A stretch of 54,069 bases of DNA from a virus (Duplodnaviria > Caudoviricetes). The translations under genes and the position numbers were made by a program. The first letter of the stretch is position 1. Each line of letters opens with the position of its first letter. The stretch is from the IMG/VR virus record IMGVR_UViG_3300020215_000008, positions 1 to 54,069 of that record. One strand, given 5' to 3'. Of the stretch, positions 19,124 to 27,073 are shown piece after piece. Below the pieces are notes generated by a model that made no database searches, was not told where the DNA came from, and worked only from the letters and a program-made list of their open reading frames with translations.

Positions 19124-20215
19124 TCACTGGACCACTTTGGTCGCAATGTTCGACAGGCCGCTAACCACTTGCCCGTCGTAGTGTGCCGTCATCGCGAAGT
19201 ACCACGCGCCAGGCGAGAGATCCATCACCGTCACCGATGTTGCGGTGACCTCAACTACCTCCGCATTCACCAATGCATCTGGTCGCGTCCCGTACAGCAG
19301 TGTGTAACGCACTAAGCCTGCCTGAGTCGGCGGAGTCCATGTGATCACGGCCTGCCCAGGAGTGGAAGCTACCGTGCCCGACCGCGCCTCTAGTGTCGGC
19401 GTGTACGGCGAAAACTCACCCGCGCAGCTTGCGGAGCGACTCGCGCGCACGCGGTAGCGAAACAGCGTGTCGGCTGCCAGGTTGCTATGCGCATACGAGA
19501 GCGTGTTTACGCAGGCGATCTGCGTAGGAGCACTATCCGCTGGCCGTTGCCGCTCGACGCTGTACGACACTGCACCGGGAACCGCCTGCCAACTCAGGCG
19601 ATTGACGCATGTGACAGCAGTCGGGCACGGCTCGATCGCAACGGCAAAGCCCTCTGGTGCCGGAAATACAGGACACCCGTTAGGCGTAGAGGCAGCCTGT
19701 GCCGGACATTGATCGGTAGCGTCCGGCACACCGTCCCCATCCTGGTCGGGAACAGTGCAGGCGCCGGTCGGGGCGCTGGCCGGGAGCCACTCGCCAGTGA
19801 TCCAGCACGTCGGATAGGCTGTGCTCGAATAGGTGCGCGTCTGCGTCCAAGTGCCGACCTGACCAGGAGGACAAGCTTGTGGTCGCGTTTCGTCCGCAGG
19901 ACGCGCAGGGCAGTTTGGCGAATACGTCGCAACGATTCGCCGTCGTTCGGTTTGGCACGAGTAAGTCACCGTGCCCGTGGTTCGCGTGTCGGCGTTCGCT
20001 AGCCTCAATGCTTCCGCTTCGCACGCCTCCCAGGAAGCAAATTGATTGACCGTCGTCGTGCCGCGTAGGAGGGTGATCTGGGTGTCCTGTCGAATAGACA
20101 CTGCACCCCAAGCCACACCAGGAAGAAAAAAACCAGCAACGCAGAAGACGCAAACAGCAACCAGCGATGCCAGCGACACGAAGAACTTGTCGCCTCGCGG
20201 CAGCTCGTCACGCAT
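19124..20215 (-). CDS. Secreted Cys-rich protein with TSP3-like Ca-binding motif and two FN3-like domains
   Basis: Hydrophobic signal ending AWG-A; DQDGDGVPDATDQCP; LSWQAVPGAVSYSV...YRVRA and ITWTPP...WYFAMTA. Confidence 0.7.
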   Translation of the reverse strand: MRDELPRGDKFFVSLASLVAVCVFCVAGFFLPGVAWGAVSIRQDTQITLLRGTTTVNQFASWEACEAEALRLANADTRTTGTVTYSCQTERRRIVATYSPNCPARPADETRPQACPPGQVGTWTQTRTYSSTAYPTCWITGEWLPASAPTGACTVPDQDGDGVPDATDQCPAQAASTPNGCPVFPAPEGFAVAIEPCPTAVTCVNRLSWQAVPGAVSYSVERQRPADSAPTQIACVNTLSYAHSNLAADTLFRYRVRASRSASCAGEFSPYTPTLEARSGTVASTPGQAVITWTPPTQAGLVRYTLLYGTRPDALVNAEVVEVTATSVTVMDLSPGAWYFAMTAHYDGQVVSGLSNIATKVVQ

Positions 20216-20224
20216 TCCAACTCC

Positions 20225-20251
20225 AAAAAAAAGCCCGGCACATGGCCGGGC
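20225..20251 (-). terminator. Intrinsic terminator (CAUGU loop)
   Basis: GCCCGGC-CATGT-GCCGGGC followed by T8. Confidence 0.8.
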
Positions 20252-20283
20252 AAGTTCGCCGAGGAATTCAGCCTCTCAGCGCT

Positions 20284-20484
20284 TTAGGGGGATTTCATAA
20301 ACAAACGTTCGCCAGTCGCGAAGTCTCGCCACCAGCGGTTGGACTCTATGAGCCAACCAATCGCCGCTGCGCGTTCCTCTGCGGGCATCTCATCAATCCG
20401 CATCGCAAACAACTTGGCATCTTGGCCAAGGCACTTGTACCGCTCGAAACTTTTGCCGAGCGTCGTGCGTAGCGGATGCTGCAC
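20284..20484 (-). CDS. Hypothetical protein, first gene after tR'
   Basis: GTG start chosen downstream of the late promoter and terminator; 66 aa. Confidence 0.45.
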   Translation of the reverse strand: MQHPLRTTLGKSFERYKCLGQDAKLFAMRIDEMPAEERAAAIGWLIESNRWWRDFATGERLFMKSP

Positions 20485-20498
20485 CGGATCCAGAAACG

Positions 20499-20531
20499 AA
20501 AAAGCCCCGCGCTCATCAGAACGCAGGGCTT
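20499..20531 (-). terminator. tR'-like terminator just downstream of the late promoter
   Basis: AGCCCTGCG...CGCGGGGCT followed by TTTT. Confidence 0.65.
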
Positions 20532-20561
20532 CATCTACACGAAACGGCAGCTTACTCTCTT

Positions 20562-20590
20562 TTAGTACCATCGTGTCCACCTACTGTCAA
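20562..20590 (-). promoter_or_regulatory. Late promoter (PR'-like)
   Basis: TTGACA overlapping the Q-like gene stop, 17 nt spacer, TGG-TACTAA. Confidence 0.6.
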
Positions 20591-21060
20591 TCTAGTCTGC
20601 TCAATAAATCAATCAAATCCGCGTGCTTCGACTCCAGGAACTTCGCCCGGAAATGGAATAGCGTGCACCGCAGCTCCAGGTAAAGCCCGCTTCGACTCAC
20701 GCCCATCCGTTCAGCGAGATCCGTGGTCGTACCGGCCCCGCAGAACCATAGGCGCGCCAGGGTCCGATATCTGACAGGCGCATGGTTCACAATCTGATCA
20801 ACAATTAGCGCCGTATGGTCGTCCAGCGGAGAGACGCACGACTTGCGTGATTCATCCCAGGGCTCGTCGCCCAATCCATCGCCAATGCTTACCGCCCATC
20901 GCTCCATGATGTGCTTGACAGGCTCGAGCTCCGGATCCAAGCGAGAGAACCGCGGATCCCCCTTCTGAATCAGGGCAAGCCCAACAGCGCGCGCAAGTAC
21001 GCGATTCAGCTTGCGCCGTTCAGCGCCATTCATCGGCCGTTCTTTCATCACTGCTGCCAT
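20587..21060 (-). CDS. Late antiterminator Q-like protein
   Basis: MERW motif, sigma-region-4-like C-terminal HTH (LAERMGVSRS), last gene before PR'/tR'. Confidence 0.7.
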   Translation of the reverse strand: MAAVMKERPMNGAERRKLNRVLARAVGLALIQKGDPRFSRLDPELEPVKHIMERWAVSIGDGLGDEPWDESRKSCVSPLDDHTALIVDQIVNHAPVRYRTLARLWFCGAGTTTDLAERMGVSRSGLYLELRCTLFHFRAKFLESKHADLIDLLSRLD

Positions 21061-21063
21061 TGC

Positions 21064-21225
21064 TCACCCTCCCCCTTGAACAACCACCGCCAGCTTGTAC
21101 GTCACCCACCAGACGACGAGACTGCCCATCGCTACGATGTACGTCACAATCAACCCGCCGCGACTCAAAAACGTACGCCGGTCATGGCGAGCGTTTTCCA
21201 TATCTTGGAATTCGCGATCACTCAT
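21064..21225 (-). CDS. Small membrane protein with RRTFL motif
   Basis: ATGA overlap with the upstream gene; 53 aa with one hydrophobic helix. Confidence 0.55.
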   Translation of the reverse strand: MSDREFQDMENARHDRRTFLSRGGLIVTYIVAMGSLVVWWVTYKLAVVVQGGG

Positions 21226-21563
21226 AGCGTCACTTTCTCCCCGACCGCCAAGAGCGCTTCGAAACCATCGGTAGGCTTCGGGATCTTCCAGCGCTCGCAG
21301 TATTCGATTTGCTCTTTCTGACGCTTGTCGAGCTTCGCCTTCGGGTCCTTCTTGCCGTAAGCCGTTTTGCACTCCATCGGCAACACAAGCAGGTAACCGT
21401 CGCCCCGCTTCAGCACTCGAAGCAGCTGATCCAGCGTGACGATCCTGTGGCACAACAAGTCCACCGGTAGGTGGCGGGTAACTTCCCATCCTGCCCCTCG
21501 TAACGCCTTAACCTGATCGGGTTCGCTCGCATCCCTGCGCTTGGCGTAGCGTGGAGCACTCAC
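21222..21563 (-). CDS. PD-(D/E)xK nuclease (VRR-NUC/resolvase-like)
   Basis: RRDASE, VDLL and MECK motifs; nin-region position. Confidence 0.65.
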   Translation of the reverse strand: MSAPRYAKRRDASEPDQVKALRGAGWEVTRHLPVDLLCHRIVTLDQLLRVLKRGDGYLLVLPMECKTAYGKKDPKAKLDKRQKEQIEYCERWKIPKPTDGFEALLAVGEKVTL

Positions 21564-21730
21564 GCCGAGAGCGCCTCTTCTGGCATATCACAAGCAATAT
21601 CGATTTTGCGCTTCAGTAAAACGAGATAGCTTTCGCGCAGCTCGCGTCCTTTGTGAAACGTGTAGAAAAAAAGATGCCCGCGATAGTGAGACACGTGAAT
21701 TCGATGCCCGCGATATGGTTTGATTTTCAC
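21560..21730 (-). CDS. Hypothetical 56-aa protein (two YRGH repeats), not in the ORF track
   Basis: GTGA overlaps at both ends; MKIKPYRGHRIHVSHYRGHLFF... Confidence 0.5.
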   Translation of the reverse strand: MKIKPYRGHRIHVSHYRGHLFFYTFHKGRELRESYLVLLKRKIDIACDMPEEALSA

Positions 21731-21906
21731 CGTCTAACTCCACTACGTGAGTACCGGAAATCGACCTTCTTTGCTAGTGCTTTGCCACGAAACCCACAAC
21801 GATATCGATGCCTCAGCGTTGACTCCGCAATGCCAGTTAACTTCGAAAACACATAGAGCGACATCGGCTCTCCGTCGAATTCGACAATGATCGGGGCGCG
21901 CTTCAC
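21727..21906 (-). CDS. Small HTH protein
   Basis: FDGEPMSL...TGIAESTLRHRY; GTGA overlap. Confidence 0.55.
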   Translation of the reverse strand: MKRAPIIVEFDGEPMSLYVFSKLTGIAESTLRHRYRCGFRGKALAKKVDFRYSRSGVRR

Positions 21907-22202
21907 GCCACACTCCGAATCGCTCCGCTGCGAACATTCGCAGCAATCGCCTGGCACACGTCGAGACAGCGCAAATTCACTGTGGCGCTGAAGTGTGACT
22001 TGATCCACGTGAAACCTTCTGAGCGCAGCATTGCTGCAAGCTCCGGCTTATGCCCCTCAAGGCACTCCCACACGTAACGACGCGAAGCACCGATGCGAGA
22101 TGGGTCAAACGAATCGAGACCGGAATGGTGTGCTTGATACAGCGCACGCGCGAGTAGTGGATGCTCTCGACGCAGGAACGTCCACAGCGATTCACGCGTC
22201 AT
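21903..22202 (-). CDS. Hypothetical protein
   Basis: ATGA overlap with the primase stop. Confidence 0.5.
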   Translation of the reverse strand: MTRESLWTFLRREHPLLARALYQAHHSGLDSFDPSRIGASRRYVWECLEGHKPELAAMLRSEGFTWIKSHFSATVNLRCLDVCQAIAANVRSGAIRSVA

Positions 22203-23152
22203 GCGCATGCCCTCAGGCTGTCATTCCAATCCTTGGAGGATGGCGTTCGGATCTCCAGCGTCACACGGTTCTGCAGGCGCTGCATCAATCGTGCAGCGGC
22301 ATCCAGACCCGCTACGTCACGATCCGCAAACACGATCAGCTTCTTGACGTTTGTCGGCGGCTCAAACTTCTGCAGCAGTGCAGTATTCAGCGCAGCCCAC
22401 GTCGGCACCTCATGCAGTACCGAGGCAGAGAGCGCCGTCTCAATCCCCTCAGCAATCCCGAGCGTGTCGCCATGCGCCATCAGCGGCACCGCGCAGGCCA
22501 CGCGCCCCTTCATGCTCGAAAGGATCTTGCGTGGCTCATGGCCTTCCAGCTTGCATCCTCGAGGCTCGAGGTACGTCACGTGTACCGTCACGAGATCATG
22601 GCTTGCATCTCGCACCGCAGCCACAAGCGCGGGGAACCGACCGATGCTCTGCCGATCTTCCCAATACTCGACCGATGCGTGCGCGCGCAGCCTGTGTCCA
22701 GCTGGAAGAGGCCACAAAGATCGACCAGCCAAGTACCGCCGCACGGGCTCACAGTCCTCGACAGGACACGTCTCGCGCAGCAGCTGAAGCACACGCTGCG
22801 TCGGCTTTGCGATTGGCTCCGCCTCGATGATTGCTGCCGTACGCGCCGGAAGATCCCTCACCACATCGGCACTGATGCCGGCCAACTCGATCACTCGCTT
22901 GCGCGCTTCGGCGAACGGCAGGCCAAACACGCCCATGATCAACTTAAACCCATCACCCGCCCCGCATTGGTTGCAGTAGAAATCACCGCGGCCGTTTTTG
23001 TTGTCGAACCGAAAACGATCTTGGCCGCCACACACCGGACAAGGCCCATGACGATTACGCAAGAACGCTTCAGAGATCCCGGCCGATAGCAATACCTCAC
23101 GCCATCCATTGCTACCCAGCGTTGCGTGAATCTCATGCGCATCGAGCTTCAT
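22199..23152 (-). CDS. Primase (zinc-binding plus Toprim domains)
   Basis: HGPCPVCGGQDRF...YCNQCG zinc finger; IAEGIETALS and FADRD Toprim motifs. Confidence 0.9.
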   Translation of the reverse strand: MKLDAHEIHATLGSNGWREVLLSAGISEAFLRNRHGPCPVCGGQDRFRFDNKNGRGDFYCNQCGAGDGFKLIMGVFGLPFAEARKRVIELAGISADVVRDLPARTAAIIEAEPIAKPTQRVLQLLRETCPVEDCEPVRRYLAGRSLWPLPAGHRLRAHASVEYWEDRQSIGRFPALVAAVRDASHDLVTVHVTYLEPRGCKLEGHEPRKILSSMKGRVACAVPLMAHGDTLGIAEGIETALSASVLHEVPTWAALNTALLQKFEPPTNVKKLIVFADRDVAGLDAAARLMQRLQNRVTLEIRTPSSKDWNDSLRACA

Positions 23153-24843
23153 GGGATCATCCCTCTGTTTGCGGTTCTTGGCTGTTGATCGCGGCGCTTG
23201 GCCCAGCGAATCAGCTGCGACTTCAGAAAGCCCGCTGTCTCTGCGGTGCAGGGCTTGATAGGCAAATCCCAAAAACGCGAAGGAATGCGCTCATCGTCCG
23301 GTCGCTTGAATCGCTCGCGCGTCTTCGACCAAGCCCAAAAACGCCCCGAGGTTGGCTTCGCTTGCCACCTCTCCGGCCACCGCTCTGCGTACCACGTGCA
23401 CGCTTCGGCGTAGAACGTCGCCATGTTCGTCCCGACTTTCGATGGCCCATTCAGCTCAGCAAGATCCGCCTGAACAATCTGCACCGGCTTAGCTTTGGGC
23501 TTCGGCTTCCATCCGCACTCCGGACAGTTCGAGCCCTCTTCGGTCGACAGCCACACCCGCGAACACTCGCGGCACGTGCGCGGCTTCTCATCGAGCATCA
23601 GTCGTGCCTTAACCTGCTCGCGTGCCTTCACGTTGACGTTCGTGTCGGTCGACAACGACCAGTACCGTTCCTCGGTTGGCAGTCCCAGGCTTTCCACGAC
23701 GCGTCCATGATCGATCAAGGTCACGAAGCCCTTGCCGTCGAAGGGCCGCATGCCCCGGCCGATCGCCTGGAGATACAGCACGACTGAGCGCGTAGGACGA
23801 GCGAGCACAATGCACTCGACGCGCGGTATGTCGATCCCGTAGCTCAGCAGGAAACAGTTGATCAGCACCTGCGTCGCGCCGCTCTCCAGTCGCTCGATCG
23901 CATCTTCGCGCGTAGTGTCATCGTCATCGTCGGTCAGCTGCTCGGCAGCCACCCCCGCTTGCCGGAATTCCGTCAAGAGCTGGCTACCGTGGGCCTTGTC
24001 ACAGGCAAACACGATCGTGCGCTGCCCATTCGCGATACGCAGCCAGTTAGTCACCACATCGCCGATTAGCTTCGGTCGCGACAGGAGCGATGACAGCTCG
24101 CCAGTTGCATAGTCACCGGTCTTGGTGTCCTTACGAACCTCCGTCAACTCCTTCGCGCTCACCAGTGGTACGTTGAAGATTCGCGGCCGCACTAGCATTT
24201 TCGCCTCAATCAGCTCGGCCACCGTGGGACCAAGCACCATCGTGTCAAACTGCTCACGAAGCGCTGCGCCCGATGTCTTCGCTGGCGTTGCTGTAAGGCC
24301 GAATACCCACGCGTTCGGGTAGCTGTTCAGGATCCTCTGGCGACTTACACCGAGCGCCAAATGCGCCTCGTCGAAGATCACCACATCGGCGAACGGAAGC
24401 GGCATGCGACCGTCTACGACACATCGCCGGTACAGCGTATCGATGCTCGCCACCTGGACCGAACTGGACCAGTTCGACAGCCCAGGCAATGGCGCAGCAA
24501 TCACCCCGTGTGGGATCCCGAAGGACTCGAGCCGCTCGTGCAGCTGACGAACCAGTCGCGTGCGGGTCGCCAGGATCAACACGCGGAATCCACACAACAC
24601 GGCAGCAGCGACAATCGCGGCGATGATGTGCGTCTTGCCAGCGCCGGTCGGGGCCTGGATCAATACCCGCCGATACGCACGAATCGCATTGGCCGCACGC
24701 GCCAGAATCAGCCGCTGATAGTCACGCAAAACATCGGCAATAGGCGGCAGCACATCAAGCCAATTCGACCGACGAGATTCGGAGTTCGGAATGCTCGCCA
24801 AGGAGAGTTCTAACCCCAGCTCTAACCTCTGTGGTTTATTCAT
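23149..24843 (-). CDS. SF2 DEAD/DEAH-box helicase with C-terminal zinc ribbon
   Basis: LRDYQ, PTGAGKT, DEAH, TATP, QAIGRGMR and CxxC pairs; GGAGG RBS before ATG 24843. Confidence 0.92.
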   Translation of the reverse strand: MNKPQRLELGLELSLASIPNSESRRSNWLDVLPPIADVLRDYQRLILARAANAIRAYRRVLIQAPTGAGKTHIIAAIVAAAVLCGFRVLILATRTRLVRQLHERLESFGIPHGVIAAPLPGLSNWSSSVQVASIDTLYRRCVVDGRMPLPFADVVIFDEAHLALGVSRQRILNSYPNAWVFGLTATPAKTSGAALREQFDTMVLGPTVAELIEAKMLVRPRIFNVPLVSAKELTEVRKDTKTGDYATGELSSLLSRPKLIGDVVTNWLRIANGQRTIVFACDKAHGSQLLTEFRQAGVAAEQLTDDDDDTTREDAIERLESGATQVLINCFLLSYGIDIPRVECIVLARPTRSVVLYLQAIGRGMRPFDGKGFVTLIDHGRVVESLGLPTEERYWSLSTDTNVNVKAREQVKARLMLDEKPRTCRECSRVWLSTEEGSNCPECGWKPKPKAKPVQIVQADLAELNGPSKVGTNMATFYAEACTWYAERWPERWQAKPTSGRFWAWSKTRERFKRPDDERIPSRFWDLPIKPCTAETAGFLKSQLIRWAKRRDQQPRTANRGMIP

Positions 24844-25322
24844 ACCTCCCTCCTTGGTAAGCCTCTTACCTCTTCTCTGAGTTCTGAGTTCTGAGATGGC
24901 ATCAGCCGAGCATGGTCTGGAGCATTGCTCCGAGCATGCTCCGAGCATGCTCCGAGCATGCTCCGAGCATTCCTTCTAGCTTTGTTCCAACGTGCCTCGG
25001 CTGCCGCTGTTGATCGCTTCGTGTTGGTCTTCGCCTTCTTCTCTGAAACCGCACGGATATCTTCCAGCGGAAGATTTACGAGCCCGGCTTCGATCTCGGT
25101 GAACTTGTGCTCGACCTTTGGGAATAGCTTCAGGAACAGCTTTTCGTCGTAGCGAATGAGCTTCGCGATGCGGCGCGCATCCTTCGGTAATGGACCGGTT
25201 GCCCACTGGTGAGCGAGCAGGAGCAAATATAGGGATTGCTCTTCTCCATCCATGTTAAGTGTGCCGCCAAAGAACCGGTCTACCCACAGCGGCATGAAGG
25301 GAAGATTCTTGTCATCGCTCAC
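24840..25322 (-). CDS. DUF1376/YdaU-type replication initiator
   Basis: LPFMPLWV...YLLLL..QW..GPLP N-terminal domain; iterons in the 3' part. Confidence 0.8.
   Translation of the reverse strand: MSDDKNLPFMPLWVDRFFGGTLNMDGEEQSLYLLLLAHQWATGPLPKDARRIAKLIRYDEKLFLKLFPKVEHKFTEIEAGLVNLPLEDIRAVSEKKAKTNTKRSTAAAEARWNKARRNARSMLGACSEHARSNAPDHARLMPSQNSELREEVRGLPRREV
24906..24973. repeat. Iterons of the probable replication origin
   Basis: Tandem 11-bp CCGAGCATGCT: perfect at 24930, 24941 and 24952, degenerate at 24906, 24917 and 24963. Confidence 0.75.
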
Positions 25323-25504
25323 GTGCGGCCCGCCATATAGTCATCCAGCGTGAGCCCGCCATGTGTGCGCTGCGCGTCTAGCAACTCGTCTGTACGATCC
25401 TTAGCGCGGTTTGCGATATCGAATAGGACCGATGCGGCGACATCCCCCGCGAGCGCCCATGTGCTCTCTTCTTCCAGCCGCAATAGAGGGCGAGCGGCGC
25501 TCAT
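25319..25504 (-). CDS. Hypothetical protein
   Basis: 61 aa, 4-nt overlaps with both neighbours. Confidence 0.55.
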   Translation of the reverse strand: MSAARPLLRLEEESTWALAGDVAASVLFDIANRAKDRTDELLDAQRTHGGLTLDDYMAGRT

Positions 25505-25878
25505 TCGTGCTCCTCGCGCTCGAGCTTGAGCAGCTCTTCAAGAAGCACGGCCTTGCGTTTGCGACGCCGCGCGCGAATGTCTTCCGTGGTGAGCCATTTG
25601 CCTTCGAAGTTCAGCGAATTACATTCGAGCTCGTGAAGACGAGATCGCCCCGAGGCAGCGCGAGCAAGCTGTTTGATGCTCCACGTCTCTTCATCGCCGA
25701 GACGGTGGCGGCCGTTTTGATTGATCTTGTTACTTAGGAGTTTGCCCGCAGCGACGGGATCTTCGGCCAGCCCAAGCTCATGCCCGACGACTTGCAAGCC
25801 TCCTGCGGCATCTACATCAGCCTCTATCGCGATTCTGCGATCCGCTAAAAAGTCTGGGAAAAGAAGCGTTTGATTCAT
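25501..25878 (-). CDS. CII-like regulatory protein
   Basis: Position after cro; HTH-like VVGHELG...LSNKIN segment. Confidence 0.55.
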   Translation of the reverse strand: MNQTLLFPDFLADRRIAIEADVDAAGGLQVVGHELGLAEDPVAAGKLLSNKINQNGRHRLGDEETWSIKQLARAASGRSRLHELECNSLNFEGKWLTTEDIRARRRKRKAVLLEELLKLEREEHE

Positions 25879-25989
25879 GTGTGTGACGGTGTGTGACACG
25901 TCCATTAGGCGGCGGCTAAGGGATCTGCTGAGATATGCGTCAGATGAAACGACACACAACAAACGGGAACAAACTGAGCAGCGCGCGTA

Positions 25990-26199
25990 TTACTCGCGTG
26001 ATGAAGAGCGCTTACGGTCACGCTTCACCCATTCATGAAGCCTATGCAGTCGCTCCACACCGAGGTTTTTCACGTGCCCACACAGAAACTTGTTCAGCCA
26101 TGACGGCGAGACGCCAAGCTCTTTCGCCAATTCGTCTTGTGGTTCTAGGTGGGAGGCCAGATAAGCGCGGACCTCTTCGCGTACTTTCAGTATGTCCAT
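25990..26199 (-). CDS. cro: Cro-like HTH protein
   Basis: QDELAKELGVSPSWLNKF HTH, divergent from the repressor. Confidence 0.8.
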   Translation of the reverse strand: MDILKVREEVRAYLASHLEPQDELAKELGVSPSWLNKFLCGHVKNLGVERLHRLHEWVKRDRKRSSSRE

Positions 26200-26205
26200 G
26201 GCCGG

Positions 26206-26290
26206 ACTCTAGCAAGATGTTGCTAGGACGGCAAGTGCCATGACGTCCGTACAAATGCAAGAAGTTGCTAGAGCTTGGCAGTATTCTGCC
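26206..26290. promoter_or_regulatory. OR region: three operators with divergent PR/PRM
   Basis: AGCAAgatgTTGCT 26211, TGCAAgaagTTGCT 26256, GGCAGtattCTGCC 26277; PR (minus) TTGCCG-17-TAGAGT; PRM -10 TATTCT 26282. Confidence 0.75.
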
Positions 26291-26296
26291 AGCCAT

Positions 26297-26656
26297 ATGC
26301 CTTTCACGAAGCTGACAACGACTGAAGCGGTGGCGAAGAATCTACGCCGCCTCATGGAAGTCTATAATCTATCTCAGCCACAGGTGGCCAAGAAGGCGGG
26401 GGTGAGTCAGCGCACCGTCAGCAATATCCTGAATGCGGCCAATGAGCCTGGAATAGAGAAGATCAACAAGATCGCACGAGCGTTCGGCCTTCAGGGGTGG
26501 CAGCTGCAGATGCCCAACATACCGGACGATCTGCTCTCTAGCGGCGTCGTTCCGAAGGTCATGGACGCTCTAATGAAGGCAACGCCCGAAGGTCGCGAGA
26601 TGATCCAGCGCCTCGCAGAGCGCGAAGCGCACTACAGCAAGCAAAAGCCGGAATAG
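26297..26656 (+). CDS. cI: CI-like XRE repressor without an S24 peptidase domain
   Basis: LSQPQVAKKAGVSQRTVSNI HTH; start at ATG 26297 because the upstream part of the ORF is operator DNA. Confidence 0.8.
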   Translation: MPFTKLTTTEAVAKNLRRLMEVYNLSQPQVAKKAGVSQRTVSNILNAANEPGIEKINKIARAFGLQGWQLQMPNIPDDLLSSGVVPKVMDALMKATPEGREMIQRLAEREAHYSKQKPE

Positions 26657-26660
26657 AAGC

Positions 26661-26843
26661 TCACGATTTGACTCGCTTCCTGCGCTCGTGAACTCGGTCA
26701 GCCCTTAGACTTCGCCGAGTGCCTAACCAGTGGCCTTCCATCTTGGTGCGCTGATGTTGCGCCCCCTTCTTTCGACGAGGCTTCTTCTTTAAGCCATCGC
26801 CACGCACGCGGGTCCAGTCGCCGCGTAGACTTAAGATCCGCAT
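26661..26843 (-). CDS. Possible highly basic 60-aa protein
   Basis: GAGGG RBS; 22 of 60 residues are Arg/Lys. Confidence 0.35.
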   Translation of the reverse strand: MRILSLRGDWTRVRGDGLKKKPRRKKGAQHQRTKMEGHWLGTRRSLRADRVHERRKRVKS

Positions 26844-26988
26844 ATATCCCTCAGCCCCCTCCTACAACGCCCTTCGCGCAGTGCTGCCGTCACAGCAGCA
26901 ACGGCCGAAGTGTTACTCCTTAAGGCGTTAGGCTACCCCTGAATCGAGACACGGCGTAACCTGACCGCAAAAAAAATTTCCTGTGAGA

Positions 26989-27036
26989 AGCAAAATATTG
27001 CTTGACTCCTATTTCCTGCTCCGGCAATATTTTGCT
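26989..27036 (+). promoter_or_regulatory. PL promoter with two operators
   Basis: TTGACT-17-CAATAT overlapped by AGCAAaataTTGCT 26989 and GGCAAtattTTGCT 27023. Confidence 0.75.
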
Positions 27037-27073
27037 CGCGCGGGCAAGACACCCCCACAGGAGAGAAGTTGTT

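Noticed and set aside
21673-21715. 13-bp direct repeat GATGCCCGCGATA as a regulatory site
   Set aside because: Explained by the two YRGH repeats of the small ORF 21560-21730
18197-23089. Long plus-strand ORFs (18197-19315, 22031-23089) and similar shadow ORFs elsewhere
   Set aside because: They are antisense shadows of well-supported genes in GC-rich DNA, with no motifs or RBS
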